Part shown: positions 9,728 through 18,974 of the stretch, one piece after another
Layout: every line of letters begins with the position of its first letter
Position numbering within the stretch: position 1 is the first letter of the stretch
IMG/VR virus record: IMGVR_UViG_3300015262_000001
Coordinates: 1-64,000 of that record
Direction: 5' to 3' (one strand)
DNA length: 64,000 nucleotides
The notes under the pieces: generated by a model
Told to the model about the DNA's origin: nothing
The model's input: only the letters and a program-made list of their open reading frames with translations
The model's database searches: none
Position numbers and translations under genes: made by a program

Positions 9728-11134
9728 TTAAGCTTCGAAAGTTTTGTTGGTTTCTTCTGGAGAAGTGTCCGTGCCATCACGGCGTGCTTTAAGACGCGCC
9801 AGTTTAACGGAAATGGTGTTCACTTCGTGGTTGGCAATCACAGAAGTGTAGTGTTCAACTTCCTGAGCTTTGAAGTCAGCCTGGCTGAACACCCAACCCA
9901 TGAAGCGGTGGATCACAGTACTCTCGTACCAAGGACGTAACCAGTTGGCATGTGCGAGCAGTTGTTGTACTTCATCAGCCAGAGCGTTCTTTTCAGCAGC
10001 TGGCATAGTGGTGTCTTCTTTCAGCTTTTGGATCAGCTGACGAACGGCATCTTCGAAACGACGATGGTCAGCGTTATAAACACCCGAGTAGCCTTTGCTG
10101 AAGTAGTTCAGAACAAAGATGAACATGTAGAAGAGCATCGCCGAGAACAATGCACCGGCCAGGCCGATGGACAGGGTCAGCGTCAGAAAACCAGGCAACG
10201 CTACAATGGTAACCACAGCGGCAATCATCATGCTGTTGACCACGGTCTGGATGCAACCCTGGTCAGTCAGGATACCAATAGCAGCGATAATGCCCTTATC
10301 ACAACCCATGCGGATGGCGTACATGTCAGCCACAACTTCAGACGACATGGCTTCTACCCCAACCGACAAACTGCGTCGCATATTACGTTGGGCGATTAAT
10401 TTATCGAAGTAGAGGAAGAGGGTTTTGTCATCCTGGTCTTGGGCGAGCTTTTGCAATTCGCCTTGTTTGGCAGCCGGAACATCCAGCAGCGAAGCAATGT
10501 CCTTGAGCACTACAACGCGGTCTGAGACGTCTTGGGCTTCACGGTAATACCGTAGAGAGGCTTTCAGATAGACGTTGTCAGAAGCGACTGTGAGCAGCAT
10601 CATGCAACCGCTGAACACATGACCGAGTTCGTGGGCGATAGCACCTGCCAGGATACCCGGTAATGGAACACCGAACTTCTTCACCTTCTCAGCTGGAAAG
10701 GTTGCATTCAGATCGGGGTTGAGCTGGAAGGTAACAGGAACGGTCTGGAAACTACCGAGTACTTTACCGGTGGTGTAATCGATACCGCCTTTGAACACCT
10801 TGTCCTTGTTCTGGGTAAACCAGCGGTACAGGGTGGTCTGGGTGGGCTTCAGCAGTTCATCTACCAGGTTGTTGTTCAACACGTGGTTGGGCGAGAAGTA
10901 ACCGGTATCAACAGACAGGTTACCACTGTTCGCAAACTTCAGATCCACGTTCTTGAAGCCAGTGAATTCCTCGATGAGGGTTTTGATGCCAGCAATGGCT
11001 TCTTTACTCAGAACACCGTCGGGACCAATCTGACTTTCGAGGAACGTCGACATCTTGCGATAGAAGTCAGTGGACTGGAAGTTAATGAACTCCAACCCTC
11101 CGACGGGTCGTTTCAAAAAATCCATCGAGATCAT
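9728..11134 (-). CDS. M48-like zinc metalloprotease with a membrane segment
   Basis: IAHELGH (HEXXH), SEVVADMYAIRMG (EXXAD) and a hydrophobic stretch of about 45 aa (IAAVVTIVALPGFLTLTLSIGLAGALFSAMLFYMFIFVLNYF). Confidence 0.7.
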   Translation of the reverse strand: MISMDFLKRPVGGLEFINFQSTDFYRKMSTFLESQIGPDGVLSKEAIAGIKTLIEEFTGFKNVDLKFANSGNLSVDTGYFSPNHVLNNNLVDELLKPTQTTLYRWFTQNKDKVFKGGIDYTTGKVLGSFQTVPVTFQLNPDLNATFPAEKVKKFGVPLPGILAGAIAHELGHVFSGCMMLLTVASDNVYLKASLRYYREAQDVSDRVVVLKDIASLLDVPAAKQGELQKLAQDQDDKTLFLYFDKLIAQRNMRRSLSVGVEAMSSEVVADMYAIRMGCDKGIIAAIGILTDQGCIQTVVNSMMIAAVVTIVALPGFLTLTLSIGLAGALFSAMLFYMFIFVLNYFSKGYSGVYNADHRRFEDAVRQLIQKLKEDTTMPAAEKNALADEVQQLLAHANWLRPWYESTVIHRFMGWVFSQADFKAQEVEHYTSVIANHEVNTISVKLARLKARRDGTDTSPEETNKTFEA

Positions 11135-11217
11135 GCACCTGTACTCCTCAAAGATATTTAATACTGGGACGCCATTGATATAGCGCTAAAAGCGGGCATA
11201 AAATGCAGGATAAAACC

Positions 11218-13089
11218 ATGACACAAACTGTCGCAGAAAACCTATCACCGATTATCGCTCGTGTCTGCAAACATGCCGTCTATACAGAGCATCGTTTTGA
11301 CAAGAGCAAAGACTTGCTGACCGCAAAGATTACTAACGTTCACGAGGATGGTAGCCGCTCCAATGTCTTCCAGTCCTACGAAAATTATAAACAGCCTTGG
11401 CATTTGGTTAAAGAACAGCACCGTAAGTTCCTCCAACCGAAGGACTACTTGGAAGAACGGTTCTGCCGTGAGTACCGTAGTACCCGTCGTGATATTCCGT
11501 TTGAAGTCCGTAAACAGCTATTTGGGGTAGCTGACCGTGGCGCAACGATCTATGACGTTAAATCTGGCAAGGGTATACAGTATGTGTTTGGTTTGGACCA
11601 AACTACTCCGGTTCACTTCAAACAACAGTTCTTTAAGAAGTATGCCGAGTATCAGGAGAAGGAACCTTATTCGGTAGCAGCGTTCGACGTTGAAGCAGAT
11701 ATGGAAGTCTTTGGTGAAGTCAAACCAATCATGATGGCTTCGGTTACCATGAAGGGTAAGGCGTACTGGGCCGGGCAGCGCAGCTGGTTCCAGAGTCGTC
11801 AAGACAAGATCGATCCCAAGATCCGTTTAACCGACTTCGCCATTTTGGCTGAGTTAAAGGCAGCAGAGAAGAAGTACCTACAGGAACACATTGATCGTCG
11901 CAAGTGTGAGATCGTGTATGAACTGTTTGATACTCCTGGTCAGATTGCCTTTGCTTGCATTCAGAAGTTCCATGAGTGGGCTCCTGACTGGGTACTGAGC
12001 TGGAACGCTGGTTATGACATGGAAGCCTGTGAACGCGCTCTCAGGACTGAAGGCTATAACCTCGCAGACGTCTACAGTGATCCATCGGTACCCAAAGAGT
12101 ATCGCAGCTATGAGTTGAACCTTGGTCGTACGCACAAGATCAAGGAGAACGGTGACAAAACTCCTCTGGAACCTCAAGAGAAGTTTCCAACGGTACGTAC
12201 TCCGGCTAAGTGGCAGTGGGCCGATGCCATGTCGGGTTATGCCATTAAACGATTCTCGTCGGGTAAGCTTGAGAGTTACTCACTGGAATCGATTGCGACT
12301 CGTGAAGGGGTCAAGGGTAAGCTCTATACCGAAGAAGGCATGAGCAAGGGTCCAGGGTCAGGACAGTGGCATCGATACATGCAGAAGGACCATCCTTATC
12401 TGTATTCGATGTACAACATTGCGGATAACTGGCCTATTGAAGAAATCAACGAGCAGACATTTGACTTCTCGCTGTCGATTCCGATGTTGTTGCGTTATTC
12501 GGAATACTTCAACTTCGTTTCGCAGCCACGTTTGATTTCGGATACGCTGTCCTTCCTTGCACGCGAACACGGTTACGTCTGGGGTAGTACACCTGCTAGA
12601 CGTGACAAGACCTTCAGCGACCGTCTGCCTACTCTGGATAACTGGATTGCTCTCCTCGATACTGAGAAGAACTCCGATATGGGTAGGGCAATGTTCATCG
12701 GGCTTGATGACGTTCTTAGCTCAGGTCGTGCTGGTGTTTCTGACCTTGACGTTGAGGGTGCATACCCACACGGTACATTGGCGGATAACGTCAGTAACAA
12801 AACGACTCAGATGGAAGTCTATGCCATTCAGGGTGCTGACCCAATGAAGTTCCGTGAGATTGCTGTCAACTATGCCAGCAGTACTCAGGCGAATGCCATG
12901 GGCTTGAGTCACGACCTGTTCCGTTTCCCACAAGCAGACAAACTGCAATCCGACTTTGAGAAAGGTCTGGAAGAACTGGGCTTCGGTGACATGTTGAAAC
13001 AGTTGCAAGAAAGCGCAGCCAAAGCAAAAGCAGAACGAGAAGCACGTCAAGCACAAGTACTACCAGAAGCATTGAAGAAAGCAGCGTAA
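11218..13089 (+). CDS. Split family-B DNA polymerase, exonuclease plus motif A subunit (phiKZ gp82-like)
   Basis: ExoI FDVEAD, ExoII SWNAGYD, ExoIII YNIAD and polymerase motif A DLDVEGAYP. The start at 11218 has AGGA upstream. Confidence 0.85.
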   Translation: MTQTVAENLSPIIARVCKHAVYTEHRFDKSKDLLTAKITNVHEDGSRSNVFQSYENYKQPWHLVKEQHRKFLQPKDYLEERFCREYRSTRRDIPFEVRKQLFGVADRGATIYDVKSGKGIQYVFGLDQTTPVHFKQQFFKKYAEYQEKEPYSVAAFDVEADMEVFGEVKPIMMASVTMKGKAYWAGQRSWFQSRQDKIDPKIRLTDFAILAELKAAEKKYLQEHIDRRKCEIVYELFDTPGQIAFACIQKFHEWAPDWVLSWNAGYDMEACERALRTEGYNLADVYSDPSVPKEYRSYELNLGRTHKIKENGDKTPLEPQEKFPTVRTPAKWQWADAMSGYAIKRFSSGKLESYSLESIATREGVKGKLYTEEGMSKGPGSGQWHRYMQKDHPYLYSMYNIADNWPIEEINEQTFDFSLSIPMLLRYSEYFNFVSQPRLISDTLSFLAREHGYVWGSTPARRDKTFSDRLPTLDNWIALLDTEKNSDMGRAMFIGLDDVLSSGRAGVSDLDVEGAYPHGTLADNVSNKTTQMEVYAIQGADPMKFREIAVNYASSTQANAMGLSHDLFRFPQADKLQSDFEKGLEELGFGDMLKQLQESAAKAKAEREARQAQVLPEALKKAA

Positions 13090-13097
13090 AGCAGCTA

Positions 13098-13138
13098 TAA
13101 ACCCTCCTACTCCCCGACTAAGGGAGTAGGAGGGTTTA
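13098..13138. terminator. Bidirectional terminator hairpin
   Basis: Perfect 17-bp stem TAAACCCTCCTACTCCC / GGGAGTAGGAGGGTTTA between convergent genes. Confidence 0.85.
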
Positions 13139-13174
13139 TTCACGATCGATGCTCAGAACGCCTTACAGACGTTA

Positions 13175-14248
13175 TTAAGCGGCGATACCAAAGACCTTGT
13201 TCAGGGCAGTGGACGCTTCGGTTACGCGGTGGTAGTTGGCTTCGATCAGCTTGGACGCCTTAACGCCAGTACCAACGATCACACGCAGAGCGCTGATGTC
13301 TTTCTGGAGTTCAGTTTTGTCTTTCGCGTCTTTGGCCTTCTTCATCTTGGCTTCAGCGCCGGTCAGCATTTTCTCGATGGCAGTTTTCTTGCCTTTGAAT
13401 TCGTCGGAGAACGATTTCAGCGAGTCGATGTTGGCAGCACAGTCTTTGCTGAACTGGATCGCAGCATTGACGTCGGTGATGCTGGTGGCTTTTTCCAACT
13501 TGCTCAGGAACTGGGCGTCACGGGTAGTGAACTTCAGAACCATGCCGGCCATGTCGATGGAGGCATCAGCGAAGTCGGTCTTACCGATCAGGTGACCAGC
13601 GGCTTTGTTTTCCTTGTCACTACCGGCGGAAGTGGCGAGGGTCAGGAAGGCTTTCTTCGCCTTAACAGCGTTGGCAACAACAGTGGCCAAAGCAGCTTGA
13701 CCCTTCTTGTTCAACTTCGCCATTTCTTTCAGGGCGTCTTTAATCGCCTTTTTCTTTTCGGCCAGGGTGCCTTTCTTCGCCTTGGCGATTTCTTCACCGT
13801 CAACACCAGCTGCCGCCATAGCGTTCAGTTGCTTGTCGGCAGTGGCTTCGTCTTGGCTACCGGCAGCAGCAGCAGCCAGTTCTTCGGCGTTTTCTTTGCA
13901 GGCTTCTTTGGCTACTTCAGCGTCTTTAGCACTGTCGCGGCTGAAGAAGAAGTCCCAGATGGACTTGAAAGTCTTGGAGATGTAATCCCAGACTGCCTTG
14001 AAGCCGTCACCGATAGCGGAGAACACGCCTTCAGTACCAGTAACCTGGCTACCGGAAACGATACCAGCGGACAGCAGCACGCCCTGGGCGTATTGTTGAG
14101 CAGCGGTCAGTGAGATGGATTCGGTACCCGCAACGTCCATCTGCTCAGCAGTGTCGTTCAGGGAGTCGAACATGATTTCAACATGCGGTGCGTCTGGGAG
14201 ACCAAAGCCGTCGCCATCAGGTTGGTAAGAGCCTTCTACGTATTCCAT
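13175..14248 (-). CDS. Ala/Lys-rich virion head (internal) protein with an acidic propeptide
   Basis: Acidic N-terminus with AGTES and TGTEG sites, then GVFSAIGDGFKAVWDYISKTFKSIWDFFF and a long helical region. Confidence 0.65.
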   Translation of the reverse strand: MEYVEGSYQPDGDGFGLPDAPHVEIMFDSLNDTAEQMDVAGTESISLTAAQQYAQGVLLSAGIVSGSQVTGTEGVFSAIGDGFKAVWDYISKTFKSIWDFFFSRDSAKDAEVAKEACKENAEELAAAAAGSQDEATADKQLNAMAAAGVDGEEIAKAKKGTLAEKKKAIKDALKEMAKLNKKGQAALATVVANAVKAKKAFLTLATSAGSDKENKAAGHLIGKTDFADASIDMAGMVLKFTTRDAQFLSKLEKATSITDVNAAIQFSKDCAANIDSLKSFSDEFKGKKTAIEKMLTGAEAKMKKAKDAKDKTELQKDISALRVIVGTGVKASKLIEANYHRVTEASTALNKVFGIAA

Positions 14249-14297
14249 TTGTTCTGTCCTTGCAAGGGAGGGGTTATGATGAATTGACGGCGGTTGG

Positions 14298-14936
14298 TTA
14301 GACGTTGGTCAGGTAGCGGAAGTACTGGGTAACGTTTTCTTTACCCTTGCGATTAAGGTCAGTGATAACACTGGCCAGATCGATCAACGAGTGCAGCTTG
14401 TACCGCGCCTCCCAGTTCTTGGCGACCATGGTCAGGAACGAGACGTACGTGTGGTACAGGCGGATGGTCTGAGCCGGATACTTCTTGTCCAGACCCACGG
14501 TGTAGCGGAAGGCCAGACCACCGGAGAATACTTCGGCGTTGGCGCGGATGATGGTCAGCAGGTCATCAGTGACAACAGCGAACTGTTCGAAGTCGAGACG
14601 GAAAGAGTTGCCGATCGTTTCGATGAAACTGATCTGTTCGTCCTGCTCTTCCTTCTTGTCCTTGAAGCGCTTACGCCCAGCCAGGAATTCAATGTGACGG
14701 TTGATGCGCGCTACCATGACGTCGGTAGTGGTATCACCTTTGGCATTGATCATCTTGGCGATGCCGATGACCATTGGTTCTGCCTGGAAGGTAGCCTCAG
14801 CCGGAGCAGCCGCTTCTTTGGCAGGTTGGGTGATGACAACAGGAGCAGGGGCTTTAGCAACAGGTGCAGCAACCTCCTTTGCGTCATCACCACTGAGATC
14901 TTCGCTCTCAGGTGGCGTGTAATCTTGTTTGCTCAT
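14298..14936 (-). CDS. Hypothetical protein
   Basis: Likely start MSKQDY at 14936 (AAAGGG upstream); Pro/Ala-rich N-terminus and helical C-terminal domain. Confidence 0.75.
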   Translation of the reverse strand: MSKQDYTPPESEDLSGDDAKEVAAPVAKAPAPVVITQPAKEAAAPAEATFQAEPMVIGIAKMINAKGDTTTDVMVARINRHIEFLAGRKRFKDKKEEQDEQISFIETIGNSFRLDFEQFAVVTDDLLTIIRANAEVFSGGLAFRYTVGLDKKYPAQTIRLYHTYVSFLTMVAKNWEARYKLHSLIDLASVITDLNRKGKENVTQYFRYLTNV

Positions 14937-15041
14937 GAAAGGGCCCTTTCGTAGAGAGTTATAGGCAACCAGGAATATGGTTTCAGCATAAAATACGGCT
15001 TTACCCCTAGGGCCCGGTGGGACCCTAGAGGCAAGCTGCAC

Positions 15042-15575
15042 TTAGAACATTTTCTTATTCAAACCCAGTTGACGCATTATTTCCATCAAGTCTTTGTTGG
15101 TATCTCCCACCTTCGGCGGTTTATTACCGTCGGCATCAGGTGGGTTATCAATCTTGTCTCGCTGACTGCGTCCTTCACCTACACCCTGGATCAGGTCGTC
15201 GATCAGAAACATAGGCATTTCCATGTAATCCCTTAACGGCATGATCTCATGGAGTTTGTAGAACCCGTACTTCTTAGCGACAGCCTTAATCGACCACTCA
15301 TGGGTAAACTCGTGCTCCACAGGAATGTAAGCCACTGAAGAGAAAGGATCCATATTAGCGGGGGTGTAGTAGTTCATGTTCAGATCATGCAACATGGACT
15401 CGTTAAACGACATGGCTTCTGGGGTAAGATCTTTGGTAGACTTCCCCAGTAGCTGGTTGTTAACCTGATTGAACATAGGGCTGAAGACAATCCGACTGTC
15501 TACTCGGGGGATTATTCCGAGAGGGCTTCGGACTTGACTTTGTTTTGGACGGCCGTCTGCTTGAGCATCGCCCAC
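15042..15575 (-). CDS. Downstream frame of a putative tail-assembly-chaperone pair; probably read by -1 frameshift from the upstream gene
   Basis: None of the three candidate starts (15575, 15476, 15413) has a clear SD. The frame is open across the upstream T7 run. MPLRDYMEMPMFLIDDLI resembles the chaperone-T / T4 gp51-like motif by eye. Confidence 0.6.
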   Translation of the reverse strand: MGDAQADGRPKQSQVRSPLGIIPRVDSRIVFSPMFNQVNNQLLGKSTKDLTPEAMSFNESMLHDLNMNYYTPANMDPFSSVAYIPVEHEFTHEWSIKAVAKKYGFYKLHEIMPLRDYMEMPMFLIDDLIQGVGEGRSQRDKIDNPPDADGNKPPKVGDTNKDLMEIMRQLGLNKKMF

Positions 15576-17227
15576 TGGGTGAGGGTAAAAAAACTCATCA
15601 CTGGGTCGATTGGCGTGTAGCCCAACTTCCGATCCAGCAGGTTTTCAGGGTCTTCCAGATCACCCATGTTCTTGCGGCACTTCGGACACACGTAGTTACG
15701 TACACCCATAAAGGTACGCGACATGTACGGTGTCTTGTTCAGGATGAACTTGACGAGGTTACGGTTGAGGTCTTCCTGGTCACGCAGAACGTCCAGAATA
15801 CCGCCGTTGAACTCGTTGGGTTCGATCTCGCTGCGCGCGAATACCGTTTCTTCCTCGTCGGTGTTTTCCGCTGGCAGATCAACTTGACGCTGTACCCAGT
15901 GGATGAACTCAGTAGAACCGAGGTTGTTGTGGACCATCGTGACCTGAGTCTGGTACTCAGCAGGGTCAACGAGTTTGGTACGCAGCTCGGCCAGCTCAGG
16001 GTTGATTTCACCGATGAAGAAGTCGAACGCATCAAACGCTTCAGCCAAAGTAGGTGGAGCACATTCGAGGTACATCGACTTCTCGTCGTTATACACACGG
16101 TTGCTTTCCAGACCATAAGTCGAAGCACGGCTCAGGGCACGAGTCTCTTCCATGGTGTACTTGGCATGGCCGTTGATCAGGTTGGCATAGATCGCCTCAT
16201 CGGCATCCGTGGTGATGTGATGACGCTGACGCAGCAACTTGGACGCCTGTACCAGCTTGAAGGCTTCCCAGTCACACTTACCGGAGAAGCACCGCAGGTT
16301 CAGGTTGATACCCTTGGTGTTGGTCGACTCGATCAACGCCGTGATGATGGTATCCATGTCGGTCAACAGGATAACGTTGGAGAGCTGGTTGAAGTCAGCC
16401 AGGTCCGTTACGCTCGAGTTGGTGATACGCTTCGCCATGAAGTTCCAGATCACACGCATCGAAGCGATACGCGCCAGCACGGCACTGTTGTTACCGATCT
16501 GCTGAACATAGCCGGTGATGGTACGACGGATGTCGTTCATCAGTGCACCCATCTCGGTATGGTTGGTACGCGAGAAAGCAAACGATGCAAACGAGTCACG
16601 GCACAGCACGTCGTACGACAGCTTGTCAGCACCAGAGCCTGTTTTACGGGCAGCACGACGACGCATGTTTTCACGCGCAGAGAAACCCTGGGTGGAAGCA
16701 GAAGGTTTCTTGCCGACGATGTCACCGGTGTTAACACCACCACGGTTGAAGACGTTGCTGATGTCCGGCTCGTTCAGGATCGAGGTACGAATCTTCAGTT
16801 CGTCCTGAATCTCCGACATGAACGCATACAGGTCGGCCGCGTGGGTCATTACCTGATCAGACGTCTTGCCTGGGAATTCCTTCTCGATGTACTGGAGCCA
16901 ATCGGATTCAGCTTTGCTGAAGACTGACTCCGGCAGACGTTCTTGCTCGAACATCGCCTTGGAACCGCTGAAGGTCAACCAGCGACCGATAACGCTCTGG
17001 GCCTTCAGGATGTCTTCTTTACGGTTACCCAGGAAGACAGTCATGAAACCACCGTCCATTTGCTCTTCTTTAGTGAGATCGCGAATGACCTCATCTTCAG
17101 GAGCGACGATCTGCTTCATCGTGGTGTTTTGTGCGGTGTGTACTTCACGGTGCGTAGGTGCTACCACAACCGGGGTGTCAACAGCAGGAGCTTGTTGCTC
17201 CTGTGGTTCTTGAGGTTCAGTACTCAT
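15512..17227 (-). CDS. Putative baseplate-hub/tail assembly chaperone (T4 gp26-like) with two Cys pairs
   Basis: 571 aa containing LRCFSGKCDW and YVCPKCRK. The function is an inference. Confidence 0.5.
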   Translation of the reverse strand: MSTEPQEPQEQQAPAVDTPVVVAPTHREVHTAQNTTMKQIVAPEDEVIRDLTKEEQMDGGFMTVFLGNRKEDILKAQSVIGRWLTFSGSKAMFEQERLPESVFSKAESDWLQYIEKEFPGKTSDQVMTHAADLYAFMSEIQDELKIRTSILNEPDISNVFNRGGVNTGDIVGKKPSASTQGFSARENMRRRAARKTGSGADKLSYDVLCRDSFASFAFSRTNHTEMGALMNDIRRTITGYVQQIGNNSAVLARIASMRVIWNFMAKRITNSSVTDLADFNQLSNVILLTDMDTIITALIESTNTKGINLNLRCFSGKCDWEAFKLVQASKLLRQRHHITTDADEAIYANLINGHAKYTMEETRALSRASTYGLESNRVYNDEKSMYLECAPPTLAEAFDAFDFFIGEINPELAELRTKLVDPAEYQTQVTMVHNNLGSTEFIHWVQRQVDLPAENTDEEETVFARSEIEPNEFNGGILDVLRDQEDLNRNLVKFILNKTPYMSRTFMGVRNYVCPKCRKNMGDLEDPENLLDRKLGYTPIDPVMSFFTLTQWAMLKQTAVQNKVKSEALSE

Positions 17228-17250
17228 GTACTACTTCCTTGCGTAAGGGA

Positions 17251-18027
17251 TCAGTTGACTTGTTTGGCGCCGATGTCTTCGTATGCATCAGCCAGTTCGC
17301 CTACGAGGGGCTTGTTGGTTGGCATCGGTTCAGCAGCAGCCGGTACAGTGCGGTACAGCACTTGCACACGGGTAATACGCTCGCCGTGCAGACGCATACC
17401 GAACTCGTAGTTGTTCTCGCCTTCATGCTTGTGCTCACGCACGTATTCGTTGATCAGTTCTTCACGAGGGCGCAGAACGATGGCCATCAGATCAGGGATG
17501 TTGAACTGCATGATCTCGGCCAGAGTATCGGTGTAGTGAACGAAGAGCGAGATGTACTCATCCACTTCTTGTTCTTTATTGATGAACTCGAACATTGCAT
17601 GAACGTCTTCAGCCACCGAAACGATCTGCTTGTCGAAGATATCAATCTGTGCCTGTTCTTCTTCGGTCAGGACGGTCTTCTTCATGTCGACCAGTTTGCT
17701 GGTAACTTCGACCACGCCGTGGATATTGCCCAGGATCGGGATCATATCGTTGATGCCTTTCAGCACCTCGATGTTGTTCAGTTTAGACTTCGCCCCATCG
17801 ATGTCTTTCTTCAGATCCAGAGCCGTTTGGATAACGCCCTTGGTGGCGATGTCGTAACGCAGTCTGGCTTCCGAAGCCTCGATACCTTCCGGCGATACGG
17901 CGATACGTGCCATCTCACGACGACCCAGATGGAACTGATCCTGGTTACGCTGGACGTTAGCCGCCTTACGTTTCTGTTTGGAGGCCACAGCCCGCTTGGC
18001 TTTCTTCTGAGCTTGTTTAGTAGACAT
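17251..18027 (-). CDS. Hypothetical protein with a basic N-terminal arm
   Basis: 258 aa; starts MSTKQAQKKAKRAVASKQKRK, then helical. Confidence 0.75.
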   Translation of the reverse strand: MSTKQAQKKAKRAVASKQKRKAANVQRNQDQFHLGRREMARIAVSPEGIEASEARLRYDIATKGVIQTALDLKKDIDGAKSKLNNIEVLKGINDMIPILGNIHGVVEVTSKLVDMKKTVLTEEEQAQIDIFDKQIVSVAEDVHAMFEFINKEQEVDEYISLFVHYTDTLAEIMQFNIPDLMAIVLRPREELINEYVREHKHEGENNYEFGMRLHGERITRVQVLYRTVPAAAEPMPTNKPLVGELADAYEDIGAKQVN

Positions 18028-18068
18028 ATGCTATGATTCCCTGTTTAACTAATGTTAGGATAGTCCCA

Positions 18069-18974
18069 ATGCTTACTGAGACTGACGAAGTAGTGATGAT
18101 GGAAGCGGAAGAAGACTTCGCCGCTACTCTCATCGGTGGTATCTGGGTTGACTTCAAGGCCTCTATACCCGACCTCCAAGCTAAAATATTAACTGACGGG
18201 TTCAATTTAATTCTGTTGAACCTCCCCGAGTCACTGTTGCAAAACGTGATCACTGAAATCATCGTAGATGAAACTTTTGATACCCCCATCAAAAAGAAAC
18301 AAATCTACGAGTTGATTACCAACAATATAATCGACGTGTTGTCCCGTCTAGGCTTTATCATCAACCTGGACGAAGTCACCCACGAGCGTTTGGAGGAGCT
18401 TATTCATGTCGGCAACTTCTTCCACGAGATGGATCAGTATGAAGACGTCATTGGTTTGGGCAACATTCTGGATTCTGTTGATATCCCCCCTGTTGACCGC
18501 TTCCTCCTGATTTTCCAGAAATACATGGGTGACAGTGTGTCCCTCGTTAATTACGAGTTGCTACTACAAGATGTTAGCGAGGTGACTTTAAAGGCAGTCC
18601 GCGACAACCTCTTGACAGGGGATGTAGAAGACGGTATCCCTATCAACATCATCAAGCGTGTAAGGGCCAACAGAGCGCTTATCGAGAACACCCTGGCGTA
18701 TGAGCACGTCATTAACAACGGCCGCGTAGGCAGCCCTGTAGACACGCTCCTGGGCTTCTTCAGGGTAGACTTGGTTAAGCTCCTCGATTACCCATCGACG
18801 GACAACCAGGTCCTCTACGGTAAAGAGGTCATGGCACTCTATCTCATCAGTGAGTTGAATAACGATACCCTTCGTGAACAGCTCCTGGTCCTCATTAACG
18901 AGATCACTACTGATCACTTGGCATTGCTGGCCATTGAGAAGATGATCGGCATGTTGGATCTGACCAATGAATAA
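18069..18974 (+). CDS. Conserved hypothetical/virion protein upstream of the vRNAP subunit (phiKZ gp79-like)
   Basis: Start at 18069 with AGGA upstream; 8-nt overlap with the RNAP gene. Confidence 0.6.
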   Translation: MLTETDEVVMMEAEEDFAATLIGGIWVDFKASIPDLQAKILTDGFNLILLNLPESLLQNVITEIIVDETFDTPIKKKQIYELITNNIIDVLSRLGFIINLDEVTHERLEELIHVGNFFHEMDQYEDVIGLGNILDSVDIPPVDRFLLIFQKYMGDSVSLVNYELLLQDVSEVTLKAVRDNLLTGDVEDGIPINIIKRVRANRALIENTLAYEHVINNGRVGSPVDTLLGFFRVDLVKLLDYPSTDNQVLYGKEVMALYLISELNNDTLREQLLVLINEITTDHLALLAIEKMIGMLDLTNE

